From IMG/VR virus record IMGVR_UViG_3300008113_000157: DNA of 64,000 bases, one strand, 5' to 3'. The translations under genes and the position numbers were made by a program. Position 1 is the first letter of the stretch. The number at the start of each line of letters is the position of its first letter. Under the pieces are notes generated by a model. That model had not been told where the DNA came from. It saw nothing but the letters and a program-made list of their open reading frames with translations, and ran no database searches. This DNA comes from an uncultured virus (IMG/VR IMGVR_UViG_3300008113_000157). Its lineage: Duplodnaviria; Heunggongvirae; Uroviricota; Caudoviricetes. Positions 55,250 to 64,000 of the stretch are shown in pieces.

Positions 55250-57050
55250 ATCTTGGTTAGTCTTTGATATTGAAACCAATGGCCTCTACGATAAAGTCAC
55301 GAAAGTTTTTTGTATCGTTATCTACGATATCAACCGAGAAGAAACTTTTGCTTATGGGCCTGATCGCATTGATGATGCTCTTGCTCATCTGGCAACCGGT
55401 GATGTACTCATTGGTCACAATGTGATCTTCTACGACGTACCGGTTCTGCAAAAACTACATTCATTCAACTGCAAAACACGCATCCTTGACACACTCATCT
55501 GCACACGACTCATTTGGCCCAAAGAAAAACTCTACGACCTTGACGTACAACTCTATCCGGAAGTTCCGAAGAACTACCGCGGGATGGCCGGTCTTAAAGC
55601 CTGGGGTTACCGCCTCTCCGATAACAAGATTGAGTTCAAAGATTTCTCGGAGTACTCAGAAGAAATGCTTGTCTATTGCAAGCAAGACGTCTCGGTTACT
55701 TCAAAACTTTGGAGGCATATCGCCAACCAAGGCTATCCAGAACAAGCTCTCAAACTTGAACACGACTTTGCTCTTGCCATTAATAAACAAATTAGAGCAG
55801 GTGTTTCTTTTGATGTGGATGCAGCTATTGATCTTGTGGATAATCTCCGAGCAAGAGAAGCACAGCTTGAAACGGAACTAAAAGAAATCTTTCCGCCAAT
55901 CGAACATCGTAATTGGTTTACTCCTAAGGTCAACAATAAAAATCGTGGCTATGTCAAAGGAGTACCTTTTGAAAAAATCCATTACGAAGAATTCAATCCT
56001 GGATCTCGTGATCAAATTGCTGATCGACTCAAGGCTAAGTACGGATGGCAACCAGAAAAGACAACTGAAAAAGGAAATCCAATCCTTAATGATGAAGTGT
56101 TAGAGGCATTGCCTTATCCAGAAGCCAAGCCTCTGGCAGAATACATGCTCATCAAGAAACGCCTTGGTCAAATTGCAGATGGCAACAACGCTTGGCTCAA
56201 GCTGGTTAATAATGACAGCAGTCGTATGCACGGTGACGTTGTTACTAACGGCTGCGTCACTGGTCGTTGTGCTCACCGATACCCAAATATGGGTCAGGTT
56301 CCAGCAGGCTATTCGCCATACGGCAAAGAATGTCGGTCATTATTTCATGCACCACAAGGATGGGACATGATTGGTATCGATGCCAAAGCATTGGAGCTAC
56401 GATGTCTTGCTGGTTACCTTGCCATCTATGACGGTGGTGAGTATGCACGTGTGGTCACGGATCCAACAATTGACATTCACGTGTACAACCAAGAGCGTTT
56501 TGGTGTTGCTACCAGGGACATCAGTAAGCGTTTACTGTATGCCGTGTTGTATGGCGCTGGTCACCTTAAGGCTGGCAGCATTGTGGATCCGAATGAAAAA
56601 GATGAAGAAGTTCTGCGTAAACTAGGAAGAACTGCAATTAATTCATTCATGGCTGAGGTGCCAGCCTTGAAAGAACTTAAGGAACGTATTGAATCTCAGA
56701 TTGCAAACAATGATTGTCTCATTGGATTAGATCGCCGTATTCTTTATTGCCGTTCGGCATTCAAAGGATTGAATGTTTTATTACAATCAGCAGGCGCAAT
56801 CCTCATGAAGCAAGTTGTTATTAACATTCATGACAACATTGAGTCTGCCCTCAGTCTGCCCCATGGGGCAGAGTGGGAACAAGTCTTGATGGTTCATGAC
56901 GAAGTGCAACTGGTTTGTAGTCCCAAATACACTGAACAGATCAGAGCCCAAGCATTGGCAGCTTTTCCACAAGCACAGCAATTCTTTGGATTCCTCTGTG
57001 ACATTGAGGGAGATTCTCGTGTAGGATCCAACTGGAGCCAAACGCACTGA
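55227..57050 (+). CDS. polA: DNA polymerase family A (T7-like, 3'-5' exonuclease plus polymerase)
   Basis: ExoI FDIETNG, ExoII GHNVIFYD, ExoIII YCKQDV, motif A DAKALELR, motif B KRLLYAVLYG, motif C VHDEVQ. Confidence 0.96.
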   Translation: MKPGSKNESWLVFDIETNGLYDKVTKVFCIVIYDINREETFAYGPDRIDDALAHLATGDVLIGHNVIFYDVPVLQKLHSFNCKTRILDTLICTRLIWPKEKLYDLDVQLYPEVPKNYRGMAGLKAWGYRLSDNKIEFKDFSEYSEEMLVYCKQDVSVTSKLWRHIANQGYPEQALKLEHDFALAINKQIRAGVSFDVDAAIDLVDNLRAREAQLETELKEIFPPIEHRNWFTPKVNNKNRGYVKGVPFEKIHYEEFNPGSRDQIADRLKAKYGWQPEKTTEKGNPILNDEVLEALPYPEAKPLAEYMLIKKRLGQIADGNNAWLKLVNNDSSRMHGDVVTNGCVTGRCAHRYPNMGQVPAGYSPYGKECRSLFHAPQGWDMIGIDAKALELRCLAGYLAIYDGGEYARVVTDPTIDIHVYNQERFGVATRDISKRLLYAVLYGAGHLKAGSIVDPNEKDEEVLRKLGRTAINSFMAEVPALKELKERIESQIANNDCLIGLDRRILYCRSAFKGLNVLLQSAGAILMKQVVINIHDNIESALSLPHGAEWEQVLMVHDEVQLVCSPKYTEQIRAQALAAFPQAQQFFGFLCDIEGDSRVGSNWSQTH

Positions 57051-57103
57051 GCTCTTCGTCCTAAGTATGACGCTAAACTACTTATCACCTACTGTTTGAA
57101 CAC

Positions 57104-57904
57104 ATGAACTTTGTTACAGTTTGCGCTCAACTCAACGACACACCTCGCGAAGTTTATACTTCTGCCACATCAAGCAACTATGTTGCAGAGGTAATGCTTC
57201 CTCCTGTAGGAAAAAATAAATCTGCAACATCTCTTGCGCTTCATGTTTACGGCAAGGCTGCTGAGAAATTCAGGACCCTTGATCGTGGTGCTCGTTTGTA
57301 TGTACACGGTTCAAAGATCCGTTACGATATTGATGCCAAGGCATACTCACTGCACGGCGGTGTTATTGCAGTTGTTAATGATTCGTTTCCAATTTTTAAC
57401 GATGTGATTCTTACTGGTCGTTGCATTAAAGACATCGATCAAGAAGATGCACGTGCGTTTAAGACAACACCAGATGGTTTGATGATTGCCAATCAAACCA
57501 TCGCAGTTAATACTGGGCGGAACCAAGGAGACTTGTTCAACTTCTATGCAATTAATAGCAAGGATGACAAGTTAAATAACGCTGAGTTGATGGTCAACTT
57601 TACACGGAAAGGAACTGGACTTACCATTCGTGGCCGTCTTGTTACCGATGCATGGACTGATAAAGAAACACAACAACGCCGAACACTGACCAAGATCCAG
57701 CTTGTGCAGATGACCTTGGCGCCAAAGCCTGGCATCAACGAGCCAAAGCCCGTAGCGTCCCAGACGACGGTTGCTTCTTCTGATAATGTTGCTACACTGT
57801 GGGGCGGCAAGACTGCCGAAGATTCCTGGAGCCAAGGTCTGCCTGATCTCCCTGGTCAGTACGGACCAGCTCCTGAGCCTACTCCTGAATTCATTCCGTT
57901 CTGA
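57104..57904 (+). CDS. ssb: Single-stranded DNA-binding protein with tandem OB folds
   Basis: MNFVTV..../NDVILTGR, KGTGLTIRGRLVTDAWTDKETQQRR, C-terminal IPF. Confidence 0.75.
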   Translation: MNFVTVCAQLNDTPREVYTSATSSNYVAEVMLPPVGKNKSATSLALHVYGKAAEKFRTLDRGARLYVHGSKIRYDIDAKAYSLHGGVIAVVNDSFPIFNDVILTGRCIKDIDQEDARAFKTTPDGLMIANQTIAVNTGRNQGDLFNFYAINSKDDKLNNAELMVNFTRKGTGLTIRGRLVTDAWTDKETQQRRTLTKIQLVQMTLAPKPGINEPKPVASQTTVASSDNVATLWGGKTAEDSWSQGLPDLPGQYGPAPEPTPEFIPF

Positions 57905-57907
57905 CTC

Positions 57908-58138
57908 ATGCCTCTTCAACTTGATTTACAAGAACAAGATCTTCTTTCTTTAGAAGACGCCATTGCGTACGAATTTTTTATGGAGAGTGCATACAACATT
58001 ATGCACAGTGCTAATGAAAAGGATTTAGACATTGCTGAACAAGTTTTAAAACTTGCTCAAGCTTCTTATCTGATTGCAAATATTTTTTGCGAAGTACGTT
58101 TAATTAACTCACAACAAACCAATGACACCGACGCATGA
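57908..58138 (+). CDS. Hypothetical protein
   Basis: 76 aa ORF. Confidence 0.5.
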   Translation: MPLQLDLQEQDLLSLEDAIAYEFFMESAYNIMHSANEKDLDIAEQVLKLAQASYLIANIFCEVRLINSQQTNDTDA

Positions 58139-58361
58139 TCAGTTCACTCTCCTCTATGAGGATGAGCACACTAAACTTCTGTATGAATTCAAGGCTCTTG
58201 TTGCTGACGATGTAATCAATCACCTTGTGGATTTTCTCAAGGGTTGTGGCTACATGGAAAGCAGTATCTTTGAATGCATGAAAGAATCTTCTGAGGCATA
58301 TTTCGATTCATTACGTACTCAGCAGTACGTAATGAAATGGGACAAGCCTGAAGCAGAATGA
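58122..58361 (+). CDS. Hypothetical phage protein
   Basis: EF.....DDVI....DFLKGCGY motif. Confidence 0.6.
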   Translation: MTPTHDQFTLLYEDEHTKLLYEFKALVADDVINHLVDFLKGCGYMESSIFECMKESSEAYFDSLRTQQYVMKWDKPEAE

Positions 58362-58414
58362 TGATTCGTCCTGAGCATGACGTTAAACTGCTTACTCCTG
58401 ACTACGAAACAACC

Positions 58415-59431
58415 ATGACTTCTTCGATGACCACCAAGAAAACTTCTGCGCTTGCATCCAGGGGACTTGATTCCTTTAAGCTTTTCCAAGCCAAAGAGTT
58501 TGTTTCTGGCTACCAGAATCTTGTAACAATTCAACCACTAAACAAATCAAAAGTACGTGGTTGGTTTGTCCGCAAGTCTGATCTTGATACCTGCGGATGG
58601 ACTGCTACTGAAGATGAGTTTGCCAATGGTTCCGTCATCTGGAACTATAAGCAGACCTTTGGTATGGCACCTAATACCTCCATTGAAGAGGGACTTAACT
58701 TCACGGAACCTCGCGTCCAGATCTTGTTGCGTTCTCCACTCATGGTGGAAGAGACAACTGGGATGCGTCAAACGATTGGCACCTTTGAAGATCCAGAGGT
58801 CAAAGCCATGTTTGAAAATGACAAGATTGCATCCGACCTTGCTAACAGCAAGGGCGAGATGTACAAGCGTAAGTACAGTGTACGTACAAAGTACCTTGTA
58901 TATATCCTGACCCAGGACAACAAGCGTGCTCATAAGATCCCCATGGTGCTAACACTCAAGGGTCTTAACGGAACCGATGTTTCCGACAAGGTTAAGCTGT
59001 ACGAAAAGGAAATGTCTAAATGCCTGAGCAAGGCACTGGACTCTGAGGTACCGCTGGCATTCAACGAGAAGTTTTACGCCACTACGGTGTTTACTCCCGT
59101 CCTTGCCAACGAGATGCGTGGTGCTAACAACGTAGAGATTTGCGCCATCGAATCTTTTGACATCCCTGACTACAGCTCCCAAGAGGAAGCGGTTGCATCA
59201 TTGGGCCGCCTTTCGATTCCTGATGAAGATCGTGAATCGACTTGGAAGTACCAAGGGATGTTTGAAGACTATATAAATCAACATTCTCGCCAAGATGCGC
59301 AGCGTCTTGGTGGTGCTTACGGAATCAAAGATGGCGTACAGATTCTTCCCGTCTCACGCATCGCAGATGCAGTTGATGTGAAAGCATTGCCTGCACGCAA
59401 TGAACTAACCGGAGAAGATCTTAGCCTTTGA
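58415..59431 (+). CDS. Hypothetical replication/recombination-region protein
   Basis: 338 aa from the ATG after the pseudoknot element; follows SSB. Confidence 0.65.
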   Translation: MTSSMTTKKTSALASRGLDSFKLFQAKEFVSGYQNLVTIQPLNKSKVRGWFVRKSDLDTCGWTATEDEFANGSVIWNYKQTFGMAPNTSIEEGLNFTEPRVQILLRSPLMVEETTGMRQTIGTFEDPEVKAMFENDKIASDLANSKGEMYKRKYSVRTKYLVYILTQDNKRAHKIPMVLTLKGLNGTDVSDKVKLYEKEMSKCLSKALDSEVPLAFNEKFYATTVFTPVLANEMRGANNVEICAIESFDIPDYSSQEEAVASLGRLSIPDEDRESTWKYQGMFEDYINQHSRQDAQRLGGAYGIKDGVQILPVSRIADAVDVKALPARNELTGEDLSL

Positions 59432-59660
59432 GGCGGTTCAAGATGTCATGGTCAACTTGATTACTCATCAAGTCCATGGCATCCTTTACTAATCCTTTAA
59501 TAGCAACTTGACGCATCGTGGCGATCTTCGTTAGTAAGGTCGCCATTTCTTTTAGCTCACTCATTGAACTGCATTCGTTAATGGAACGTATCATCTTCTC
59601 TTGCCAGAAGGCTTCTTCTGGACCCATTTCAAATTGCAACATGGGATTCAATTGTTTCAA
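59421..59660 (-). CDS. Second, more distant NblA-like candidate
   Basis: EMGPEEAFWQEKMIRSINE...ELKEMATLLTKIATMRQVAIKGL two-helix pattern. Confidence 0.35.
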   Translation of the reverse strand: MKQLNPMLQFEMGPEEAFWQEKMIRSINECSSMSELKEMATLLTKIATMRQVAIKGLVKDAMDLMSNQVDHDILNRLKG

Positions 59661-59945
59661 AGTATTCTAACTACAACGTAAACTTAATTAAACCTTTTGT
59701 TTATGTTAGGGATTCAACACATGAAACCAGAAGACAAAGCTGCTCTTACCGTCGGTGCTCAAACTGCATTAGTGACAGCGGCTGCTGCCATCCTTCTGCC
59801 TAACCCAGTCTCCTGGGCGGCTGCTATAGTGGCAACGTACCGCATGGCCAAGCGTGCTCGCATCCAATCTCTGATTGACCAAGGGCAAGCCAAGTACTGG
59901 AGGGGGTAACCACCTGGTACAACACACCAACTCAATTCAAATCAA

Positions 59946-60881
59946 ATGCAAACACAAGTTGAGCTTAATGCAGCGCAAGCTGCAATCTATACACGCACGA
60001 ATCTTTCACGTGCCTTTCAAGACTTTGATGACACCGACATTGGTGGCATCTATTTGCGAGGCGATGATTGTGTTGTGGTGCGTCGCGATGGTAGCGAGCA
60101 AGCTTACAACAGGGAACTAATCAAGACTTCCTTTAACAACTACACCCACCGTCTTAAAGATTTCTTTTCCTATCTTGGTCCCAATTATCGTGGCCCTAGT
60201 GTATGGCACAACAATGCTTACATTCTTTTTAAGGGCTGGAACTACTCACACGCACTCGGACACCTGAGCTCCCATGCAAAACTACAAGCACACTGGGCTG
60301 ACAAATTTATACATGTATCAAACACCGACAAAGTCTTGCACCTCCTCCAGTCCGATCAAACGGATATTGGACATTTGGTTGCGCCAGACGGATTGCGGCT
60401 TCCGAATCGGCCCATTGACATTGACGGTGACATGGAAGCTGACGACTCCGAGCCTGTCATGGGTGAACCTTGGTGTTCGTGTGGGTCGTATCAGCGTCAG
60501 CTCAGCAACGTATCTGACTTTGCGTCCGAGATCCAAGGATTCAAACCCTGGTGCATCCACCTGACTTGGTTCAACAAGTACAGGGAACTGCTGTGCAAGC
60601 GCACCGAAGCACGGAATGCCAGTCCCAGTGGCACACCTGAGAAGTGTGTTGCCTGGTGGTATGCACCACCCGCTGATCACATCAGTGATGGACGCTTTGT
60701 ATTGTTGTATACAAACTCAGGTGCACAAGCTCCGCTCAGTCATTGGCGTACCTACAAGCCCAAGGATATCTTTACCCAGCATGATGCATGGGATCTGTTT
60801 TTCAATATGATGGAGGCTGGCTACGTTCCATTCCCTGGTACTGCATTGCCACAACTCAAGTCTGCTGTCAAAAAACAATGA
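59946..60881 (+). CDS. SWIM zinc-finger protein
   Basis: WCSCGSY-x17-WCIHL. Confidence 0.65.
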   Translation: MQTQVELNAAQAAIYTRTNLSRAFQDFDDTDIGGIYLRGDDCVVVRRDGSEQAYNRELIKTSFNNYTHRLKDFFSYLGPNYRGPSVWHNNAYILFKGWNYSHALGHLSSHAKLQAHWADKFIHVSNTDKVLHLLQSDQTDIGHLVAPDGLRLPNRPIDIDGDMEADDSEPVMGEPWCSCGSYQRQLSNVSDFASEIQGFKPWCIHLTWFNKYRELLCKRTEARNASPSGTPEKCVAWWYAPPADHISDGRFVLLYTNSGAQAPLSHWRTYKPKDIFTQHDAWDLFFNMMEAGYVPFPGTALPQLKSAVKKQ

Positions 60882-61325
60882 CATTTCAAATCGATAATGG
60901 CGTTGTTTACCTAGGTACTCAATGCCCCAGTACAATACTCAAAATTGAGTCAAAAGATTCAATGATTGACCCTGAGCTACGCAAGTATGCAACAGAGTTA
61001 GTCAACAAACCTTTTCCAAAACAAATGATGCTATCCAACGGCAAGTACTCACTACACCTTGAACTTGATGAAGACACTTACTGGGGTCTTGTTAAGCTAG
61101 GTGCAGAAATCAAAACTGATTGTGAAACTTATGCAGAACACATCCTCATTGGGCATATTGAATCCGGACTCGATCAACAAGCTACAGATTGAATGCATTG
61201 AAGAAGAGGATGGTTCCATGACCATTCATATCGAATGGGATGAAACAGATCCCGATCTTCAATGGTGGACAGATCTTGGCGCAGAAGGCCAAGAAACCTT
61301 TATGATTAATGCACTCCAACAAGCT

Positions 61326-61722
61326 TGTGATTGTTATGTCGATTGACACCTACGGCCTTAGCTCTGAGCAGTACACCGAGTTCTTTCATAAGAACATTCG
61401 TGCTGCAGCCAAGCTTTACTTGGATACCTGCAACATTTTGAGCAGCGAAGGGGTCGGCAATGTCGACTTCAAAACTGTCTCAGAGATGTACCAAGAAGCT
61501 GTGTACACTACCAATGATGATTGCCGTCGTTACCAAAAGAGTAACAACCCCGAGGCTCTCAAAGATACTGATCTGCTAGGTATCTATCCTTCTAGAGAAG
61601 AGCTGTTGGCTGAGATCCAGGCTGTCAATGCCAAGGTCGAAGCACTGAACGACTACGTTGCTGAGTTAGTTGCGGTCACCACCAAAGGGCTTACCGGCAT
61701 TGCTGATCGCCTGGTAGACTAA
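61326..61722 (+). CDS. Hypothetical protein (start uncertain, probably MSIDTYG)
   Basis: ORF with a C-terminal coiled coil. Confidence 0.45.
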
Positions 61723-61791
61723 ACCCGCCGCCCTGCAGGGACGCCGTCCTGGTCAAGACGTAAAACTGACCACCCATCTCAACACCACACC

Positions 61792-61905
61792 ATGTTTGAA
61801 TCCTTGTTTACCGCCGTACTTCCGGTGATCAAAGATTTGTTGTGGGCAGCAGCCGGAGCTCTGCTGACCTACGCACTCAACAAATTCCAATTTCAATTCA
61901 ACTGA
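61792..61905 (+). CDS. Small hydrophobic protein (37 aa)
   Basis: MFESLFTAVLPVIKDLLWAAAGALLTYALNKFQFQFN directly after pseudoknot D6. Confidence 0.55.
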   Translation: MFESLFTAVLPVIKDLLWAAAGALLTYALNKFQFQFN

Positions 61906-61908
61906 ACC

Positions 61909-62628
61909 ATGACTCAAGTTACCCAGGCTAAACTCAAGGACTTATCTGTCATCAAACTCTACGAGCATTATGCTGCTCTCGAAAAGTCTTTGCCTCTTCT
62001 CACTCCTGAGTCCCAAGAACTGGCTAAAGCAGAGCTTGAGTCTTGCGCCGACTTACGGTCAGAAAAAGTTGATCGTATCTATTACGCCATGGCGGCGCAT
62101 GAGGATGCCCTTGAACGCATCAAGAAAGAAGGCGATCTCATTACGCAATCCAAGCGTCACCACGAATCCCAGTTGCGGTCGCTGAAAGGCCTGCTAAATT
62201 ACTTACGTCGAGTCCTTCCTTTGGACTCGAATAAAATCACAGGTCGCAATTATCAGTTCACCTTTGTCCGCAAAAAAGAACTTACCGTCGAAGTTACCAC
62301 GGATCCAGAGTTTTGGCACACTCAAGAGCGAACAGATTATTGCATTGAAGAAGAAGTCACAACAACAAAACAAGTTGTTGTACGATCAATGTCAGGAGAA
62401 GTTCTATCCACTAGAACAGAACCTAAAACCGTCACTAAAATCCTCCCTAATCTCGATGCCATACGCAGCGCCTATCAAGAAGGTCGGCAACTTCCAACAG
62501 GAGTCAAGGTCGTCCAAGAGTACTCTGTCCGTTCCAAACGAATCTTCAGTGAACCCCGAATGGAATTGGTTTCATCCGAGTATCCAGACGAGCTTCTACG
62601 AGAAGATCCCAGCACCGACGAATCTTGA
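61909..62628 (+). CDS. Siphovirus Gp157-like protein
   Basis: EKVDRI.......IKKE...L...K.......SLK.LL.YL ... PNLDAIRSAYQEG..LPTGV. Confidence 0.7.
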   Translation: MTQVTQAKLKDLSVIKLYEHYAALEKSLPLLTPESQELAKAELESCADLRSEKVDRIYYAMAAHEDALERIKKEGDLITQSKRHHESQLRSLKGLLNYLRRVLPLDSNKITGRNYQFTFVRKKELTVEVTTDPEFWHTQERTDYCIEEEVTTTKQVVVRSMSGEVLSTRTEPKTVTKILPNLDAIRSAYQEGRQLPTGVKVVQEYSVRSKRIFSEPRMELVSSEYPDELLREDPSTDES

Positions 62629-62903
62629 AGATGCGTGCATCAAGATGGATTGTCATCTACATGCCGTCAAGGATTTTGAATTGCAACTTGAGATGAACAA
62701 GTTGCAGATCGACATGGTTAAAGATGGTGGTGAAGTAGCACCTTATTGTATGGATGAATACGAAGACCTAGAACAAAAGAAGCTCAAGCTTCTTGTTGGC
62801 AAACGGTTTCATCAGAATGCATCCAATGCATACTGGTACTACTTGCAAAAAGAAAAAACAAGTAAGTAAATGCAAGTACAATAGTTAAAGCTGTAGGAGT
62901 TCC

Positions 62904-63167
62904 ATGGGCGGTGATCCAGTCCTTAACAAATTAATTGCTGGGTTTACCCAGGATGGAACTCCTCTTTCCGCAACGATTGGTTCCAAGATGGAGCATGGTG
63001 TTGTCATCTTGACAGCAGCCATGCTTTCTAATGAAAACCTTGCGGCATCAATGGATGCAGAAGAGATGGTAGATGCTGCCATCAATTACTACAACATTAT
63101 TCAAAAACGTCTTGGTTATTACCAAGAGCATCAAGCCCATTCATTAGAACGTCTTTTAGGTAGCTGA
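62904..63167 (+). CDS. Hypothetical protein
   Basis: 87 aa ORF. Confidence 0.55.
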   Translation: MGGDPVLNKLIAGFTQDGTPLSATIGSKMEHGVVILTAAMLSNENLAASMDAEEMVDAAINYYNIIQKRLGYYQEHQAHSLERLLGS

Positions 63168-63168
63168 A

Positions 63169-63540
63169 ATGCCTGACGTATTTGGATTACCCCAAGACAA
63201 AGCAGCTAATACTGCTAGCAGATTGGCTAGTCGTTACGATGCCAATACTGCATGGAGCTCTTTGGATGCAACGCCTACATGGCAACTTGGCGGAGACATG
63301 CGTGAACAATATACCAAACACATTCCACGTCGAGGACGGAATCAAATCTCTGTAGACTTTGACGATATTACTATTGATCGCACTCCATCTACTCCTGTGC
63401 GTTTTAATGTGTCAGAAGGAATGGGACCTATTCAAATTATGGATATGGCTAAAAATCTTCCTCAAGGTGTGCAAAATCTAGTTTTAGCTCCAGTGCAAAA
63501 AATTGCCGGCAAGTTCATGGTTGGCGGTTTTAACTCCTAA
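63169..63540 (+). CDS. Hypothetical protein
   Basis: 123 aa ORF. Confidence 0.5.
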   Translation: MPDVFGLPQDKAANTASRLASRYDANTAWSSLDATPTWQLGGDMREQYTKHIPRRGRNQISVDFDDITIDRTPSTPVRFNVSEGMGPIQIMDMAKNLPQGVQNLVLAPVQKIAGKFMVGGFNS

Positions 63541-63585
63541 TCTGCCAATAAATCTGGTAAGCTAGGACTGTCATACCCCTTATCA

Positions 63586-63780
63586 ATGGAACCTGTCTAC
63601 GTACCTAAGCTCACCGTCTCATACGCGGTTGATGTCGAGGTAGCATACAACGCATTCAATGGCAAAACCATGGATGAAATTGCTGATTTTATTCAAGACG
63701 AAATCCATGACATGTTATTTGACATTGAGCAAGTAACCGGTGTAACCTCTGATAACACTGCTCTTTACTTCAACGACTGA
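63586..63780 (+). CDS. Small acidic protein
   Basis: 64 aa ORF. Confidence 0.55.
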   Translation: MEPVYVPKLTVSYAVDVEVAYNAFNGKTMDEIADFIQDEIHDMLFDIEQVTGVTSDNTALYFND

Positions 63781-64000
63781 TGATGAACACTGATTACCTT
63801 GCTGAGTTTGATCCAAAGGAAGAAGAAAAGACTCAGACTTTTCTTGAACACATGTACAAATGCTCGGGACGCGAAGATCCGAATCATCCCATGCATAGTC
63901 TTTACACTGGGTTGTACCAAGACTTTTGCATAAGGGAAGCTGGTCCTCTTGCTCGTGAGCGTTGGTTTGAAATGCAAGAAGCCATTCGCCTTTACGAAGA

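Larger units (their letters stand above)
46764..61772 (+). repeat. Family D: dispersed 28-nt H-type pseudoknot elements (46764-46791, 47119-47146, 54171-54198, 57057-57084, 58367-58394, 61745-61772; variant at 37808-37833)
   Basis: CGTC-C-TNNNNA-N-GACG-YWAAAC-TNNNNA with compensatory changes in both stems. Confidence 0.85.

Overview
The window is a 64-kb segment of a tailed dsDNA phage genome, most likely a large cyanophage. The host inference rests on NblA-like and DUF4278-like proteins, cyanobacterial-type DnaA and LexA boxes, and a tRNA-Leu(UAA). Positions 1-37.0 kb are mostly a minus-strand virion and packaging module: tail-fibre-like proteins, lysozyme, HNH, major capsid, portal, large terminase and many Gly/Ala/Gln-rich probable internal virion proteins, with a small plus-strand island (HTH, adenine-MTase-like, dCTP deaminase). 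After a strand switch at about 37.0-37.8 kb comes a plus-strand early/replication arm with dozens of tiny genes, an HNH-AP2 endonuclease, a PcfJ-like protein, ThyX, a GP88-like protein, family A DNA polymerase, a double-OB SSB and a Gp157-like protein. The most notable signal is in that arm: many genes are preceded by one of four families of covarying structured intergenic elements laid out in successive zones. These are (A) five tRNA-mimics with a 12-13 bp acceptor/T-arm stack followed by a fixed TGCCAC/GTGGCA hairpin, (B) three long hairpins with a competing downstream hairpin, (C) eight hairpins with a fixed 3x7 internal loop, and (D) six to seven 28-nt H-type pseudoknots. An exact 44-bp direct repeat containing a family C element brackets one gene, which suggests these elements also serve as gene-cassette recombination points. 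All calls come from reading the sequence by eye; no database search or folding program was run.
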